Of a stretch of DNA of 64,000 nucleotides, positions 50,977-64,000 are shown piece after piece; the stretch's first letter is position 1, and every line of letters starts with the position of its first letter. Position numbers and translations under genes: made by a program. A model generated the notes under the pieces. That model made no database searches, had not been told where the DNA came from, and saw only the letters and a program-made list of their open reading frames with translations. The stretch comes from Felis catus. Lineage: Eukaryota. The stretch is taken from contig NC_058368.1 of NCBI RefSeq assembly GCF_018350175.1, positions 139,130,001 to 139,194,000 of the forward strand, written 5' to 3'.

Positions 50977-52037
50977 TGGAGTTACCAGTTTTTAAAGGAA
51001 GTGTAAAGTTAGGACAGATAATTTTGTTTTAAAATTTTCCTATTTTATATTTACCCAAAATAAAAACTGAAGAGCAGAACTGCTCTATTTGTCAATAACT
51101 TCTTCAGTTTTGATAAAGGAAAATTTAAAAGGGGAAAGGCAGAAGAAAATCAACTGAGGAAATAGAAGTTACTTTTCCCTGAAGTGACCTTCAGATATGT
51201 TTTATCACAACAAAAGTATTAGTAGCCAAGAACTGAATATCTAATGGAAATATGAGATAAACACATAAAAGACAGGACACATACAGTAACAATTATATAT
51301 AATTAAATATATTTTTCTGAAGTTTGAAGATATGAGGATAATGAGAACTTACTTTTTTCTTTTCTTTTTTTTTTTTTTTTTTACCATAACCTGAAATCTT
51401 GATCCTAAGAACTTTAAAACTTGGTGCACATATGACTGGGAACCTAATTTTATTCAAATAATTTATTATTTTATTCAAATAATGCTGTATATTTATATAT
51501 TTAATCAAACTGATTTTTAAAATCAAAACCTAGAAATAGAACACACCAATTCAGCCCATCTGTCAGTAAATGTAAAAGTCTAAATAAAGGGAGAAAGCAA
51601 GATAAATTTGTGAAACTATTGACGAAAGCAATGCCACAAGATTTCCAGCCAATTTATAAAAAGGAAAAATAAACCTAAAGATTTTAAGAGAGCCCAACCA
51701 GGAGCCTATATATAACTAAGATGGTGGAGTCTGAAAAGGATCATAAAATAAAACAGCAATACTTAAGCAAGCTTATTTGTTAGTTTGAGACTATCTTTTT
51801 ATCTCTGTCAAAGTCAGTATGTAAAAGCAAACTAAGGAAATACATCATTACATTCTATAGTCCGATCTAACTATTCTAATGAAGATTAAAATTTTAGGTC
51901 AAGCTAAAAACACCAAACAAATGGTCAATAGTAGATGAAAGACACATAATTAGGACACTAGTTAAGAGAATGTGTAACTGTTTTTACTTACTTGTAGACA
52001 AGATTCCAGCTTTATATCCATGTAAAGCATTAAGAGA

Positions 52038-52066
52038 TTTTTGTTTAAGTTTATTTATTTATTTTT

Positions 52067-52099
<33 letters not shown>

Positions 52100-52243
52100 C
52101 AAGGGCAGAGAGAAAGAGGGGCAGAAGATCCGAAGGTGGCTCCGAACCTACAGCAGAGCCCAAAGTGGGGCTCAAACTCACGAACTGTGAGATCATGACC
52201 TGAGCTGAAGGCAGACACTTAGGCAACTGAACTACCAGGCACC
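52038..52243 (-). mobile_element. CanSINE
   Basis: (GA)n, reverse head; TSD taagaga. Confidence 0.88.
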
Positions 52244-52401
52244 CTAAGAGACATTTAATGGTCCATACCACTGACTAGACAATGCTCAAGAAAGATTACT
52301 ATTATACCATTTCCCTTAAACCAACTCAAAAGACTCTGTTGAAAATTAGCTACCAGAACAAGCTATGTATGAATGAAACACATTTAAAAATTTCATTTGC
52401 T

Positions 52402-52800
52402 GGGGGCACCTGGCTGGCTCAGTAGGTGGAGCCTGTGACTCTGGATCTCAGGGTTTTGAGTTTGAGCCCCTTGTTGGGTGTAGGGATTACTTAAAAACAA
52501 AACCTTAAAAAAATTTTTTTAAGAATAAAAATAAAAATTTAACTTGCTAACAGTAATTCGAATCTGAAGAATCAAACAGGGGCATCTGGGTGGCTCAGGT
52601 GATTGAGTGTCCAACTTTGGCTCAGGTCATGATCTCATGATTCGTGGGTTTAAGCCCCACATCGGGCTCACTGCTGACAGCTCGGAGCCTGGAGCCTGCT
52701 TCGGATTCTGGGTCTCCCTCTCTCTCTGCCCCTCCCCTGCACACGCTCTGTCTCTATCTCTGTCTCTCTCTCTCAAAAATAAACATTAAAAAAAATTTTT
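52402..52800 (+). mobile_element. Two CanSINEs (52402-52510 short, 52579-52800)
   Basis: Heads and tails read directly. Confidence 0.88.
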
Positions 52801-53544
52801 TTAATAAAGAGTGAAACAGAAGTTAATGTCTGAAGCCTGCTACCAAAACCTTAATTTACAAGTTTAGATTTAGATTTAAAGTCGAGACAAAGAATACAAA
52901 ATGGACACAGAATGTAAAGTAGTCTTGACGGGACAGCAAGTTTATAGGTGATTTTCTTTTTCATCTGTTACTATGCTATGGTTTTTAAAAGATTTTAAAT
53001 GCTAATGTCATGTTTTAAATGCAGGTTTTTGGTTTCATTATTAAAAAGACAACAATTCTATCAAATAGGCAAAGGAGGTGATCTGAATAAAGAACCCAAG
53101 ATTATAGCCCGGAATAAGACAATTTGAGGGCAATAACCAGTCTTAGAGAGGGCTTAGTTTCTCATCTAATACGGTTCAGGTAAAAGTCATGTGTCTGCCC
53201 ACCCACTAGTCCACAGCACACTGAGACTGAAACATGTGCCACTCTCTATAAGCCACTGAACTTTCCTCTTGTGTTGCCCAACCTTCAATAATTTGCATAC
53301 CACCACGAACATTTCCCCCAATGTGTTAAGTGCCTACATCACTATTCAATATATTTCTCAAGCGACTTCTTCTTTTCTTTAGTTTTCTTTTTTATTAGGT
53401 AAGCTCTACACCCAATGCGGGGGCTTGAACTCTTGACCCTAAGAGCAAAAGTCACATGCTCTACCAACTGAGCCAGTTAGGCGCCCCCCAATTTGCTTCT
53501 TTAAAAATACACACACCTCTCATCCTATCTCCTCCCCTCTGCTT

Positions 53545-53890
53545 TTTTTTAATTTAGTAAAACATGCATATAAAACGCAGCATTTTAACCATTTCTAGAT
53601 TTACAATTCTGCAGCAGTAAGCACTGCAGTCAGCACACAACACCGTTGTATAAACATCACCACTGTTCATTTCCACAACTTTTTCATTATCCCAAAGAGA
53701 AACTATGTACCCATTAAACAATAATTTCCCATTTCTTCTTTCCCCGGCTGCTAATAACCACCATTCTGTTACCTGTCTCTATGAATTTGCCTATTCTAGG
53801 CAATGCAATAACTGTCTCTTAGCATTTGGCTTATTTCACTTAGCACAATGGTTTTAAGGCTGCATGTTGCAGCATACATCAGAATCTCAA
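53545..53890 (-). mobile_element. Old L1MB-type 3' end
   Basis: accaccattctgttacctgtctctatgaatttgcctattctag motif. Confidence 0.7.
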
Positions 53891-54929
53891 GCCACTTTTT
53901 TAAGAAATATTTTATTCACCCGTAACTATAAAACCACCCATGTGATAGATCGGATTACACGTTTTCCTATTCAGCATTAAAATTTTTAACTACCATCATT
54001 TAAACATTCACCTCAAAACCACTTAAGAGCATCTCCAAAATCACCAGTAATACATCAGTGCATTTTAGAAAACACTGCACTATAGGTATAGGACTAAAGA
54101 CAAGCACAACGTGACTAAACTAATTAAAGTGTAAAAACAAACTTATTACCCTTCATTCTTAAACCTTTGTAGACTACAGTCTTTAAACAGAAAAACATTG
54201 CTTCTGGGCTTATTATTATTATTAGCCAAAGATTATTCATACACACACACACACACACACACAAAACGGAACAATCATGTGTTCCTGTAGTCCTACAAGT
54301 TAAATACTCTGAAATTTGCATAAAGAGCATTACTGGGGAGAGAAATTTTACTTACAAGTTGTGATTTCTGAATACAGTTTAAAAACAACCATAGTTTCAT
54401 AGTTTTTAGTATGAAAAGAATTAGAAAGTATTTCTCTAATTCCAAAGGTGCATATACATACATACACACACACATACACCTCTTCTAAAATGTTTTTGTG
54501 TTGCAAATCTCTCCTTAGATCCATTACTTTTATTACTGCTTGCTTTCAGTGTTCAATTGTATTGGCTAAATAATCACCTGATAGTATTTAAATGAAGACA
54601 GAAACTATTATACATCAATTGGTTAACAGCAACAGGTAATACTTACTGAGAAGGGACCATATACAAGACTTTAAAGAGAAAGCCACAGTCACATTGCATA
54701 TAGAGTGAGATATTTCTATCAGCTTCAATCTATACATGAAGAAACAGAACGTCATACCACTAGGAGGGCTAGAAGAATAGGTACAATGAGACATGCCTCC
54801 CAATACAATTATTTTTACTCAATATTCAAAATCGTATTTGTCATGGTTATAGGAAAGCTCCTTTTGAAAAATACTGCAATAATTATCTTGTTATTAAGTC
54901 TTCTATTCACCTATTACACCAGAAAGAGC

Positions 54930-55092
54930 AATTGGAATTGGAATTCTATGACCCTGGTTCCTGGGTCAGCTCTGCCACTAGCTAAGTCAGTGACCCTGGG
55001 CAAGTTACTTACCCTCTTCAGGCTTCTGTATTCTCATTAGTAATGTGATGCAACTGGACAGGATAATCCTAAGGACCTTTTCACCTCTAAAT
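54930..55092 (+). mobile_element. MIR
   Basis: gctctgccactagct...gtgaccctgggcaagttactt MIR core. Confidence 0.75.
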
Positions 55093-56399
55093 GTTTGTAA
55101 TTATTTAGAAAAAATACTGGTTAAGACTTTAAATTACTAGCCGTATGGCGGTTCTGCTACAGTTTAGAGGCAAGAGAAAAGTGGTAAAGCTCTAGACAGA
55201 GATATAGGTTGCTATGATAAATCACTCACTTCTCCCTCTTTTTTGTTGTTAAGCTTCTGTTCTATGTTACATAACTGTAAAGCTGTCAGATCAAATTTTG
55301 TCAAGCACTTTATGCTCTGCCCATGAGATAAACCAAAAGGGCTAAATAGGTTCTACATGAATGAGAAAGCTTAGTGTTGCCTTAAGCAAACTAACTCATC
55401 AAAAAATTTACGCAGAATGGATAATGAAGTGTAAAAAGTGTCCAAATTAATTTATAAATTAAGCAAATGTTATGCTCATTAATCCTGGCTAACTTGTATA
55501 AAAACACAATACTAATACCTCTTACGTAAGAATTCTAAGATGCCCATCAGCTACTTCACATCCATCTTTTAATAATTCTACCCCTTTTCCCTAAATTATT
55601 ACATAACTATTTAAAAGAATGAATGTTCTAAGGAAGAAAATATGAAAAAGAAAAAACAAATTGCTACAACTGTGATGGTTTTCCCTATTTAAGGTTAATC
55701 ACCAGATGTCAAATATACACTTTAAAAGGGGGAATGTATTTTCTAAATTCAGTTCCTAAATTCCTTCAAAATTCTTATAATTATTTTTACTTGGGGGCTT
55801 TAGGGCGAAAGGAATATCAAAAAAATATGGACATTTTAGAGGTGAAAGAGTTGTTAGAAAAAAAAATAATTATCGCAACCAATCCAAGTCATGATCCTGT
55901 TTCCCCAACATTGAAAATAGGTTAGGTATCCAAGCAACATAATCTGTAATGCTCTCAACGTTTTACACAAAAAGCCTGTTCCTGAGCCTTATTATGATTC
56001 TTCTCTTGATTCTTCCCTTTTTTCTAACATCCTTTTCTTCCCTAACTCACCTAGCCGCTGTACATTAGCTCAACAATCTCTCTCGTTTTATTCTTCTCTC
56101 CATCCTGCCCTACACAAGGCTCTAAATCCTACATTAATCCTTCTCCAGTGTTAGAGCTAAGGTTCTGAACAGGACAAAAATGAAACCAGTGAGCAAAGTG
56201 CTCCAGCTATCAAATCTCAGACAGGCTCAACACTGTGCACAAATCCATTTCTGTCCTCTGAGAAAGGAAAAAGATTTGATTACCTATGGGTGAGGACTGT
56301 CCGCAAGTTTACGGTTAACGGGGCACAAAGTTAAAAAGCATTCATACCTGTTGCTTGTTTTTGTTTTAAGTAGGAAGCAAAATCATCTTCTGAAGTAAT

Positions 56400-56620
56400 C
56401 ATCACTGAGCCAACAACGGACTGTGTGCCTATTCTATTCAAAACACTTCCCATGTATTCCCAGAAATAGTTATCACAAACCGATGAAGTGAGGAATTTAA
56501 TTACCTTCACTTGCCAGATGAGGAAACTAAGCTGAGTAGCATGTTCAAGGGCACACCCTAGTTAAGTGGCAGAACTAGTATTTTAATCCAGGCAGTCTAG
56601 CTCTGAGGCCTGTTCTTTTT
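56400..56620 (-). mobile_element. MIR
   Basis: cagatgaggaaactaagct...aagtggcagaactag...ccaggcagtct. Confidence 0.7.
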
Positions 56621-56869
56621 ATCACAACGCTGTGTCTAAAAGTAGAGCCTTTCAGGAGTCCTATTGTAGTTAAAGATTGATTGCATATATCAGGAGAAAT
56701 ATTACTAGTTTTCTTTCTAAGAATTAGTTCTCTCTTCATATCTAGGAAGACTGTCCTAGATCTAAGAAATCATTTAAACATGAAAATGTAATCTCTCTTG
56801 GATGCATCTAAGTGACAAGATTTGGTGTATGTGCCTGCATCCAAACTACAAGGGAGAGAGAACGTGACT

Positions 56870-56897
56870 GGAGCGGGGGCGGGGGGGGGGGGGGGGG
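56870..56897. repeat. G-rich tract ending in G17
   Basis: Read directly. Confidence 0.85.
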
Positions 56898-57063
56898 CTG
56901 TGCATATTCTATCCTGAGGAGGCAAAACAGGACTCTTGGGCTGAAATAAGATTCATAAGCAAAAATGAGTCAGAACACAAAATACTAAATTTTACCACAC
57001 CCAAGAATGGATACTCAATTCTTAACTATCAATACATTTTGAGCAAGATATAGAGAGAGAGCT

Positions 57064-57640
57064 GGGGCACCTGGGTGTCTCAGTTGGTTTAGCATCCCAC
57101 TCTTGGTTTTGGCTCAGGTCTGATCTCATGTTAGTAGTTCGAGCCCATCGGGCTCTGTGCTGACAGTGCAGAAGCCTGCTTGAGATTCTCTCTCTCCCCC
57201 CCTCTCTCTCTCTGCCCCTCCCCTGCTTGCTAGCTCCCTCTCTCTCTTAAGATAAATACTTAAAGTAAAACTACTTATACTGCTCAGATACATATGCAAA
57301 GAAATAGAAATCACCTGTAACTGAAGCTTCCACTTGAATGACTACACGTTTACTGCAAAAAGAATAGATTTGCCTCTAGAAGATGCCAGCAGCTACCCCA
57401 GTACCTCAAACCTGGATTCTGTTTCTATCTCACAGAAGCAGTTTACAAAACTCTGGGAAGGACGCCTGGGTGGCTCAGACGGTTGAGCGTCCGACTTCAG
57501 CTCAGGTCCTGATCTTACAGCTAGTGAGTTCGAGCCCCATGTCAGGCGCTGTGCTGACAGCTCAGAACCTGGGGCCTGCTTCAGATTCTGTGTCTCCCTC
57601 TCAAAAATAAATAAGTAAATATATAAATAAACAAGCAAAA
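57064..57640 (+). mobile_element. Two CanSINEs (57064-57260, 57459-57640)
   Basis: Heads and tails read directly. Confidence 0.88.
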
Positions 57641-59106
57641 ATCTCAGGGGAAAAAGCACAATAAGAAGGATTTAAATAAATGCACCATAAAATTTTGCTT
57701 TCATTTCAACATGAGACAAACTAAAATCCTTTGACCTAGCTTCTTTACCACGTAACAGATCTAATTTTATAACGTCTCATTAAAGTTAGCAGGAGTTTGG
57801 CACAGTAAAACTCAAGGACACGAGCAATGGTTAAAAACAGGAGTCTCAACAAAATGCGCAATGTTGTAGGTATCTTTGACATAAAGTATCACAGAGGCTT
57901 ATCTCATTTAAAACCATAAAGAAGACTGATGTTTTCACTTCAAAGAACATATACCGAGCCCAAAGAAAAAGCAACAGCCAAACCAAACCTGGTGTTTAAC
58001 ACTGGCATACAATTTAGGAAATACGCTGCCAAGCCACAATCACCACCCCAGCCCCTAATACTTTCACTACACAACTAAGAAATGTAACTAACGGTTGCCA
58101 CTATGGGCAGAGGAGCATACCAACTTGGAAAAACGGCAGATTCGGGACCACAGGCTACCCACGCCTCTTTTCCTCCAGGCCTCTCCAACTCTGCACTTCC
58201 ATCCATGGCTCCATGCACCTGTTCTCCCACACCTCCTGCAACCTCAGGTGGGTTTGCTTACCCAGATGAAGTAAATTGTTTTCTTGCCTCTCGTGGGCAG
58301 CACACCCAGGAGAAAAAGAGGCAAGCGATAGTAGGAGCCTTCCTGTCTGCCTCCGATCCATGTTTACTAAATAAATGAATAAATGAACGACTGAACAAAA
58401 GTTTGTGTAAACAAATCACACAGAGGCGCCAGGAGGAAGAAACGCTACGGCTGAGACATGTACGGCTCTGAGGCTAGATGAAAAGCTATCCATGGACCTT
58501 CAACAGCGATAGAGGGGAAAACCCTCTAAAAAGACGGAGCATACTACGTGGAAGCCAGAAAGCATGTTGAAAATGGCACGTTGGATTTACCAAGAGAATT
58601 GAGGTATATTAGAAGTAGTGGTAGAAACACAAGGAAAATAAACCCCGTACAGAACATAAAAGGCTAAGAATACCAGACTAAAGAGTCTGTGAACTTTATT
58701 TGGGATGCAGGAGGCAATTTAAGGATCTTGAGCAGGAAAAAGACATTTAAGTCAGACAGTTGTTCCCACAGCTTTAGGTAGGATAGATTAATAAATAGAA
58801 CTAAAGGAGACAAGTAGAGAAACTCCGACAAGTACCTCACGCATACTTCTTTTAGTATACTTACCACAGGTTAATGTGATTTTTCTTCATCTGTACTACC
58901 AACCTCAGAACCCCAAGGAAGCAAAATCCACTTTTCGACACATGAAAAGTGAGATGGGTAAAATTATCTACTGCCTCTTCTGACCAATAACTTGTGTCTA
59001 TACCTGATTACTTGGAGAAAAAAAGACAGGAAAAAATGTCTTAATTTACAAAAGGGTAGTATCATCAAAAATTCATTTATAATTATTTTTTAAAAGTGAA
59101 ATGTGC

Positions 59107-59352
59107 GGGGCGCCTGGGTGGCTCAGTCGGTTAAGCATCCGACTTCGGCTCAGGTCATGATCTCACGGTCAGTGAGTTCGAGCCCCGCGTCGGGCTCTGG
59201 GCTGACAGCTCAGAGCCTGGAGCCTGCTTCGGATTCTGTGTCTTCCTCTCTCTCTGACCCTCCCCTGTTCATGCTCTGTCTCTCTCTGTCTCAAAAATAA
59301 ATAAACGTTTAAAAAAATAAATAAAAATTTAAAAAATTTAAAAATTAAAAAA
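59107..59352 (+). mobile_element. CanSINE
   Basis: Perfect TSD aaaagtgaaatgtgc. Confidence 0.93.
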
Positions 59353-61413
59353 AAAAGTGAAATGTGCTTCCTGATGACGACAGAACTACCATTTATTGTT
59401 TGTTTGCCTTTCACCAGGCGTGAGCTTAACACTCTACACATCTTCTCTCACTCATTCCTCCAAAAGACCCTCTAAGGCAGATATTCTTAAGTCTCCCAAT
59501 TAGGAGCCTCAGGTGTGGGGAAGTTAAGTAAGTTGCCCAAAATCATACAGCTATTAAGTGGCAGTCAGACTCTAAACCTACGCAATCGGTCTCCAAGGGA
59601 TTTAACCTGGGGGCCAGGTTCCCAGGTCGAGACAGAAGGCCAGTATGACCCAGGATGTATCTGATCGCACAAATATCACAGAGTACATCAAACATATTGT
59701 TTAGTCACTCTGTAGGAGGGAGATTTTTTAAATCTTGCAATATTCTCTCTTCAGATGTTAGATGCACTGTCTCCAGCATTTTTAAATGGTTACTACACAA
59801 TACAAAGCCAACCGTTTTTTTGTTTGTTTAATAAACACATATAAAGAGAGTCTCTGCTTTATTCATAATCAGAAAAATGCAAATTGGGATCACAATTAAA
59901 TACCATTTTGTACCATTTTAGATTCTCTGTCTCCCTTTCTCTCTGCCCCTTCCCTGCTCATGCTCTCTCTCTTTGAAAAGTAAACACTAAAAAAGTGGTA
60001 CCATTTTGTACCCACTAAATGAGCAAAAATTAAGAAATCTATTCGTATTTTTTTAAGATATCTATTCATATTAAGTATTGGGACAGGTAGTGAATCAACA
60101 GGACCACTTAAGATACACTGGTAAGAGTGTAAACGGGTTCAAATACTTGAGAAATAATATGGTATCATGTATTATGTTGCACAAGTATACAACCAGCCTA
60201 GAGACAGCAAAGTGTTCCAGGAAGCATGCATGAAAATGTTCTGAGCAACTCTCTTTGCAATAGTAAAAGAGAATAATCTGAGAAAAATCTTGAGAATAAT
60301 CTGTTAGGATAGTGGGTAAGTCATGTAGTCAGTGCAGCCACATCTCACAATGGGCACAGAAAGTTAATGGTGAGTGAAAAAAAATTCAAGCCTCAGAGAA
60401 CATAAATCCTATGAAATATCTTTTAGAAATTCAAAAATAAGAAAGCCAACTGTTTGAAAAGTTAAAAATTAAATGGGAAACACAAAAACTGACAAAGTAA
60501 AATGCCTACTAAATATTTATTTAATTACCATACAATAGAGCTAAAGAAAAAATGAAATTCACTAAGTAGCATTATAGTTCTTAAGTTATTCGTTGCTGAT
60601 GGCCAGAGACAAGTAAGACCTTGAAATTCAGATGACAGTAGACTCAAAATGAACCATGAGCAAGTTTTTCTTAAGTTAAAGCCAAAAAACCTTAGAATGG
60701 TGCTTCTTTATTAAGGTTATGACTATCCAGATCCACAGACGGAAAAGTATCCCTGCACTTTTCATGGGTCAGACAGCATCCACTGTTTTTGATTCCACTC
60801 GGATGATCACATTTTAAGAAAAATCACACTGAAAAACTGGAATGCCTGCAATGGAAAACCACCAGGATGGCAAAGGATCCAGACACCATGGTACAATGGA
60901 TGAGGAACAGGAATGAGGAGAAATTAGTGAAGGGAAGTCTTGGGGAAGGGAGGCCAAGAATGCTGCCCTTCAAATATCTGAAGAGTCAATACCCAGATGA
61001 AAAGAGAAGAGTTATTTGCCTGTATCTAAAGGGTAAAAAGAATGGGCCATGCTAACAAGAAACGCTAGCCACAAGTGAATTACACCACATGAAAACACAG
61101 CCAACTAGCTAATCAAAGACTACTGTTAGTTATAGCTGGCACGTTCCAACACAGGACAGGGGAAACTTTTCTCGGGCCTTCTGCAGGTACAGGTACAAGA
61201 ACATCCCTGTCTCCATCCAAGCCAGCGTCAAAGTTCTGGAAAGGAGGGCCAAGAGCCCACAGACTTCAGCTGAGTGGTCATTTGTACGTGAAACTGTAAA
61301 ACCATATGAATCATTTTATAAAACTATGCTTTTTTTTTTTTGGCCATTCTGAGAAGATACTCAGATATAAAAAGTTTGTATTCTCCAAACAAAATTTATT
61401 CAGAATCACATCA

Positions 61414-61839
61414 ATTTCTTTTTTTTTTAATTTTTTTTCAACGTTTATTTATTTTTTTTGGGACAGAGAGAGACAGAGCATGAACGGGGGAGGGGCAGAG
61501 AGAGAGGGAGACACAGAATGGGAAACAGGCTCCAGGCTCCGAGCCATCAGCCCAGAGCCTGACGCGGGGCTCGAACTCACGGAGTGCGTGATCGTGACCT
61601 GGCTGAAGTCGGACGCTTAACCGACTGCGCCACCCAGGCGCCCCTAGTGTTTACTTTTCAAAGAGAGAGAGCATGAGCAGGGAAGGGGCAGAGAGAAAAG
61701 GGAGACAGAGAATCTAAAGCAGGATCCAGGCTCCAAGCTGTCAGCACAGAGTCCAATGCAGGGCTCGAACTCAGGAACTGCAAAATCATGACCTGAGCCA
61801 AAGTCAGACACTTTACCTACAGAGCCACCCAGGCACCCC
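61414..61839 (-). mobile_element. Two tandem CanSINEs (young 61414-61644, older 61645-61839)
   Basis: Reverse heads end at 61644 and 61839. Confidence 0.92.
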
Positions 61840-62503
61840 TGAAGTAGTTTTAGATATGCATTATATTCTAAGGCCAAATATCAAGACTTCAAACATGTGC
61901 TTGCTTTTTGGTAAATTTAGCTATATTTTCCATCATGAGCATAAATAATTAATAGAAAACAGGGCCACATTTAAAATTAGAAGACAGGTTCTGGGATGCC
62001 TGGATGGCTCAATCTGAAGAGCATTCAACTCTTCATCTCAGAATCATGAGTCTGAGCCCCATGTTGGGTGTAGAGATAACTGAAAAAAAAAATAAACTTG
62101 AAAAAAAAAAAAAAAGATACGTTCTTCATCTGGAATCCACAAAAACTACAAAAGGTTTAAAAGGCTTAGACATTATCCCATGCAGTACAAAATCTCCGAC
62201 TGACAAGTGGTAGATCACAATTTTGAAAATGACAATTGTTGCCTTGAAACATACCTTAACAAAGTGTTGAACACAGGGTAAAAAAAGATAATAAAAGAGA
62301 GAAAGATGAGAAACACTGAAATTGGTACTAAAAATTATCCTAATTTCATTGATAATATTAATAGCTCACCTTTAGATACATTATCACATTTAATTCTACC
62401 AACAACATTTTAAGACAGGCTCTCTTATAACACCTTGTAGAAAAGGAAACTGAGGCCCATGTATCTTAAAAGCCAGCTAGAAACAGCAAAACCAGGTTTC
62501 AAA

Positions 62504-62718
62504 TTTTTTTTTTTTTCAACGTTTATTTATTTTTGGGACAGAGAGAGACAGAGCATGAACGGGGGAGGGGCAGAGAGAGAGGGAGACACAGAATGGGAAA
62601 CAGGCTCCAGGCTCTGAGCCATCAGCCCAGAGCCTGACGCGGGGCTCGAACTCACGGAGTGCGTGATCGTGACCTGGCTGAAGTCGGACGCTTAACCGAC
62701 TGCGCCACCCAGGCGCCC
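62504..62718 (-). mobile_element. Young CanSINE
   Basis: TSD ccaggtttcaaa. Confidence 0.94.
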
Positions 62719-62929
62719 CACAAATCCAGGTTTCAAACCTACGTCTATTTGGCTTGAATTGCGGATTATTATACTGCCTCTGGATAATAACTACTGGTAA
62801 GTGAAGAATCAGAGTTAGGTCCTCAGGTATTATCAAGCCTGAAAGCACTAGTATGTACTGGTATATGTGTAAAATATTTTAAACTATAAAATTAATAATA
62901 CAGGGGGGGTTCCTATTTTTTCAATTAAA

Positions 62930-63381
62930 CTTTTTTTTAATTTTTTCTTTTTACATTTATGTATTTTTGAGAGACAGAGTGAGACAAAGCATGAGCGGAG
63001 GAGGGGCAGAGAGAGAAGCAGACACAGAATCCGAAGCAGGCTCCGGGCTCTGAGCAAGCGTTCAGCACCGAGCCCGACGCGGGGCCCAAACCCATGAAAC
63101 AGGAGATCATGACCCGAGCTGAAGTCGGACGCTTAATCAACGGAGCCACCCAGTCACCCCTATTAAAGTTTTTTTTAAGTTTATTTATTTATTTATTTGA
63201 GGGTGAGAAAGAGAGTGTGAGCAGGGGAGGGGCAGAGAGAGAGAGAGGGAAAGAATCCCAGGCAGGCTCCTTGCTGTCGGCCCATACCCAACACCAGGTT
63301 CAATCCCACCAACCATGAAATCATGACCTGAGCTGAAATCAAAAGTCGTACGTGCAACCAACTGAGCCACCCAGCCCACCC
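62930..63381 (-). mobile_element. Two tandem CanSINEs
   Basis: Reverse heads end at ~63160 and ~63381. Confidence 0.9.
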
Positions 63382-63704
63382 TGCTATTACTCCTCTTAAG
63401 GCCTCCAATAACCTCTCAACTCCCAAATTCAGTGAATTAGTTTCATTCTCACCTGACCTTGATTCAGACCAAACCCAACTGACCATTCTACTGCTTATAA
63501 GTCCACTCCCCACCACCCCTGTCCCAGGACAACACTCCAGACAATTCCATTTCTTAGTATTCTTCCCTCCTCGGTTTCTTTCGGCAACTGAACCCTCTCC
63601 ACTGTACAACCCATAAATGCAGGGGGTTTCCCCACACACATACATGCAATCTGGCACTTCTTTTATTATTTTTTGGCACTTCTTTTTTAAAAATGTAATT
63701 TACT

Positions 63705-63955
63705 GGGGACGCCTGGGTGGCTCAGTCGGTTCAGCATCCAACTTCAGCTCAGGTCACGATCTTGCGTTCGTGGGTTCAAGCCCTGCGTCGGGCTCTGTGC
63801 TGACAGCTCAGAACCTGGAGCCCGCTTTGGATTCTGTGTCTCCCTCTCTCTATGCCCCTCCCCTGCTCATGGTCTGTCTCTCTCTCTCTCTCTCTCGAAA
63901 ATAAATAAGCATTAAAAAAAAATTTAAGATAAAAATAATAAAAAATAAAGATTAA
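63705..63955 (+). mobile_element. CanSINE
   Basis: TSD aaaatgtaattta. Confidence 0.92.
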
Positions 63956-64000
63956 AAATGTAATTTATTAAATTGACTTGTTCCCGATTCATAGTTGCAA

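Noticed and set aside
536..63904. Many 60-150 aa ORFs with WGAWVAQ.../ETEHERGRG.../DRERQSMNGGG... sequences
   Set aside because: They are reading frames through CanSINE copies, not a gene family.
46657..64000. FAM169A promoter or first exon in the right part of the window
   Set aside because: No CpG island or GC-rich first-exon signal; CpG-rich spots are all SINEs. Minor non-coding exons cannot be excluded.

Overview
Mammalian genomic DNA, very probably felid, judged from the dense tRNA-derived CanSINEs of the cat SINEC_Fc type and carnivore L1 3' ends. The window lies inside FAM169A (SLAP75) on the minus strand. Ten coding exons (numbered 2-11 by analogy with the human gene) all have GT-AG boundaries and join into an open 1260-nt / 420-codon frame from the ATG at 46653 down to 2159. 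The first exon/promoter lies beyond the right edge and the last exons lie beyond the left edge. The introns hold a full-length, TSD-flanked, disabled G3BP2 retrocopy (short-isoform type, antisense to the host), a 5'-inverted (twin-primed) L1, many older L1/L2/MIR/DNA-transposon remnants, about 54 SINEs, and several local duplications and microsatellites. I see no clear evidence of a wholly new biological system. The best leads are a GNAT-acetyltransferase-like motif in the FAM169A N-terminal domain, a recursive-splice-type CAG|GTGAGA junction at exon 5, the G3BP2 retrocopy, and inverted SINE pairs bracketing exon blocks. Gene and repeat identities come from recall of known sequences, not from a search. 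Repeat boundaries are approximate.
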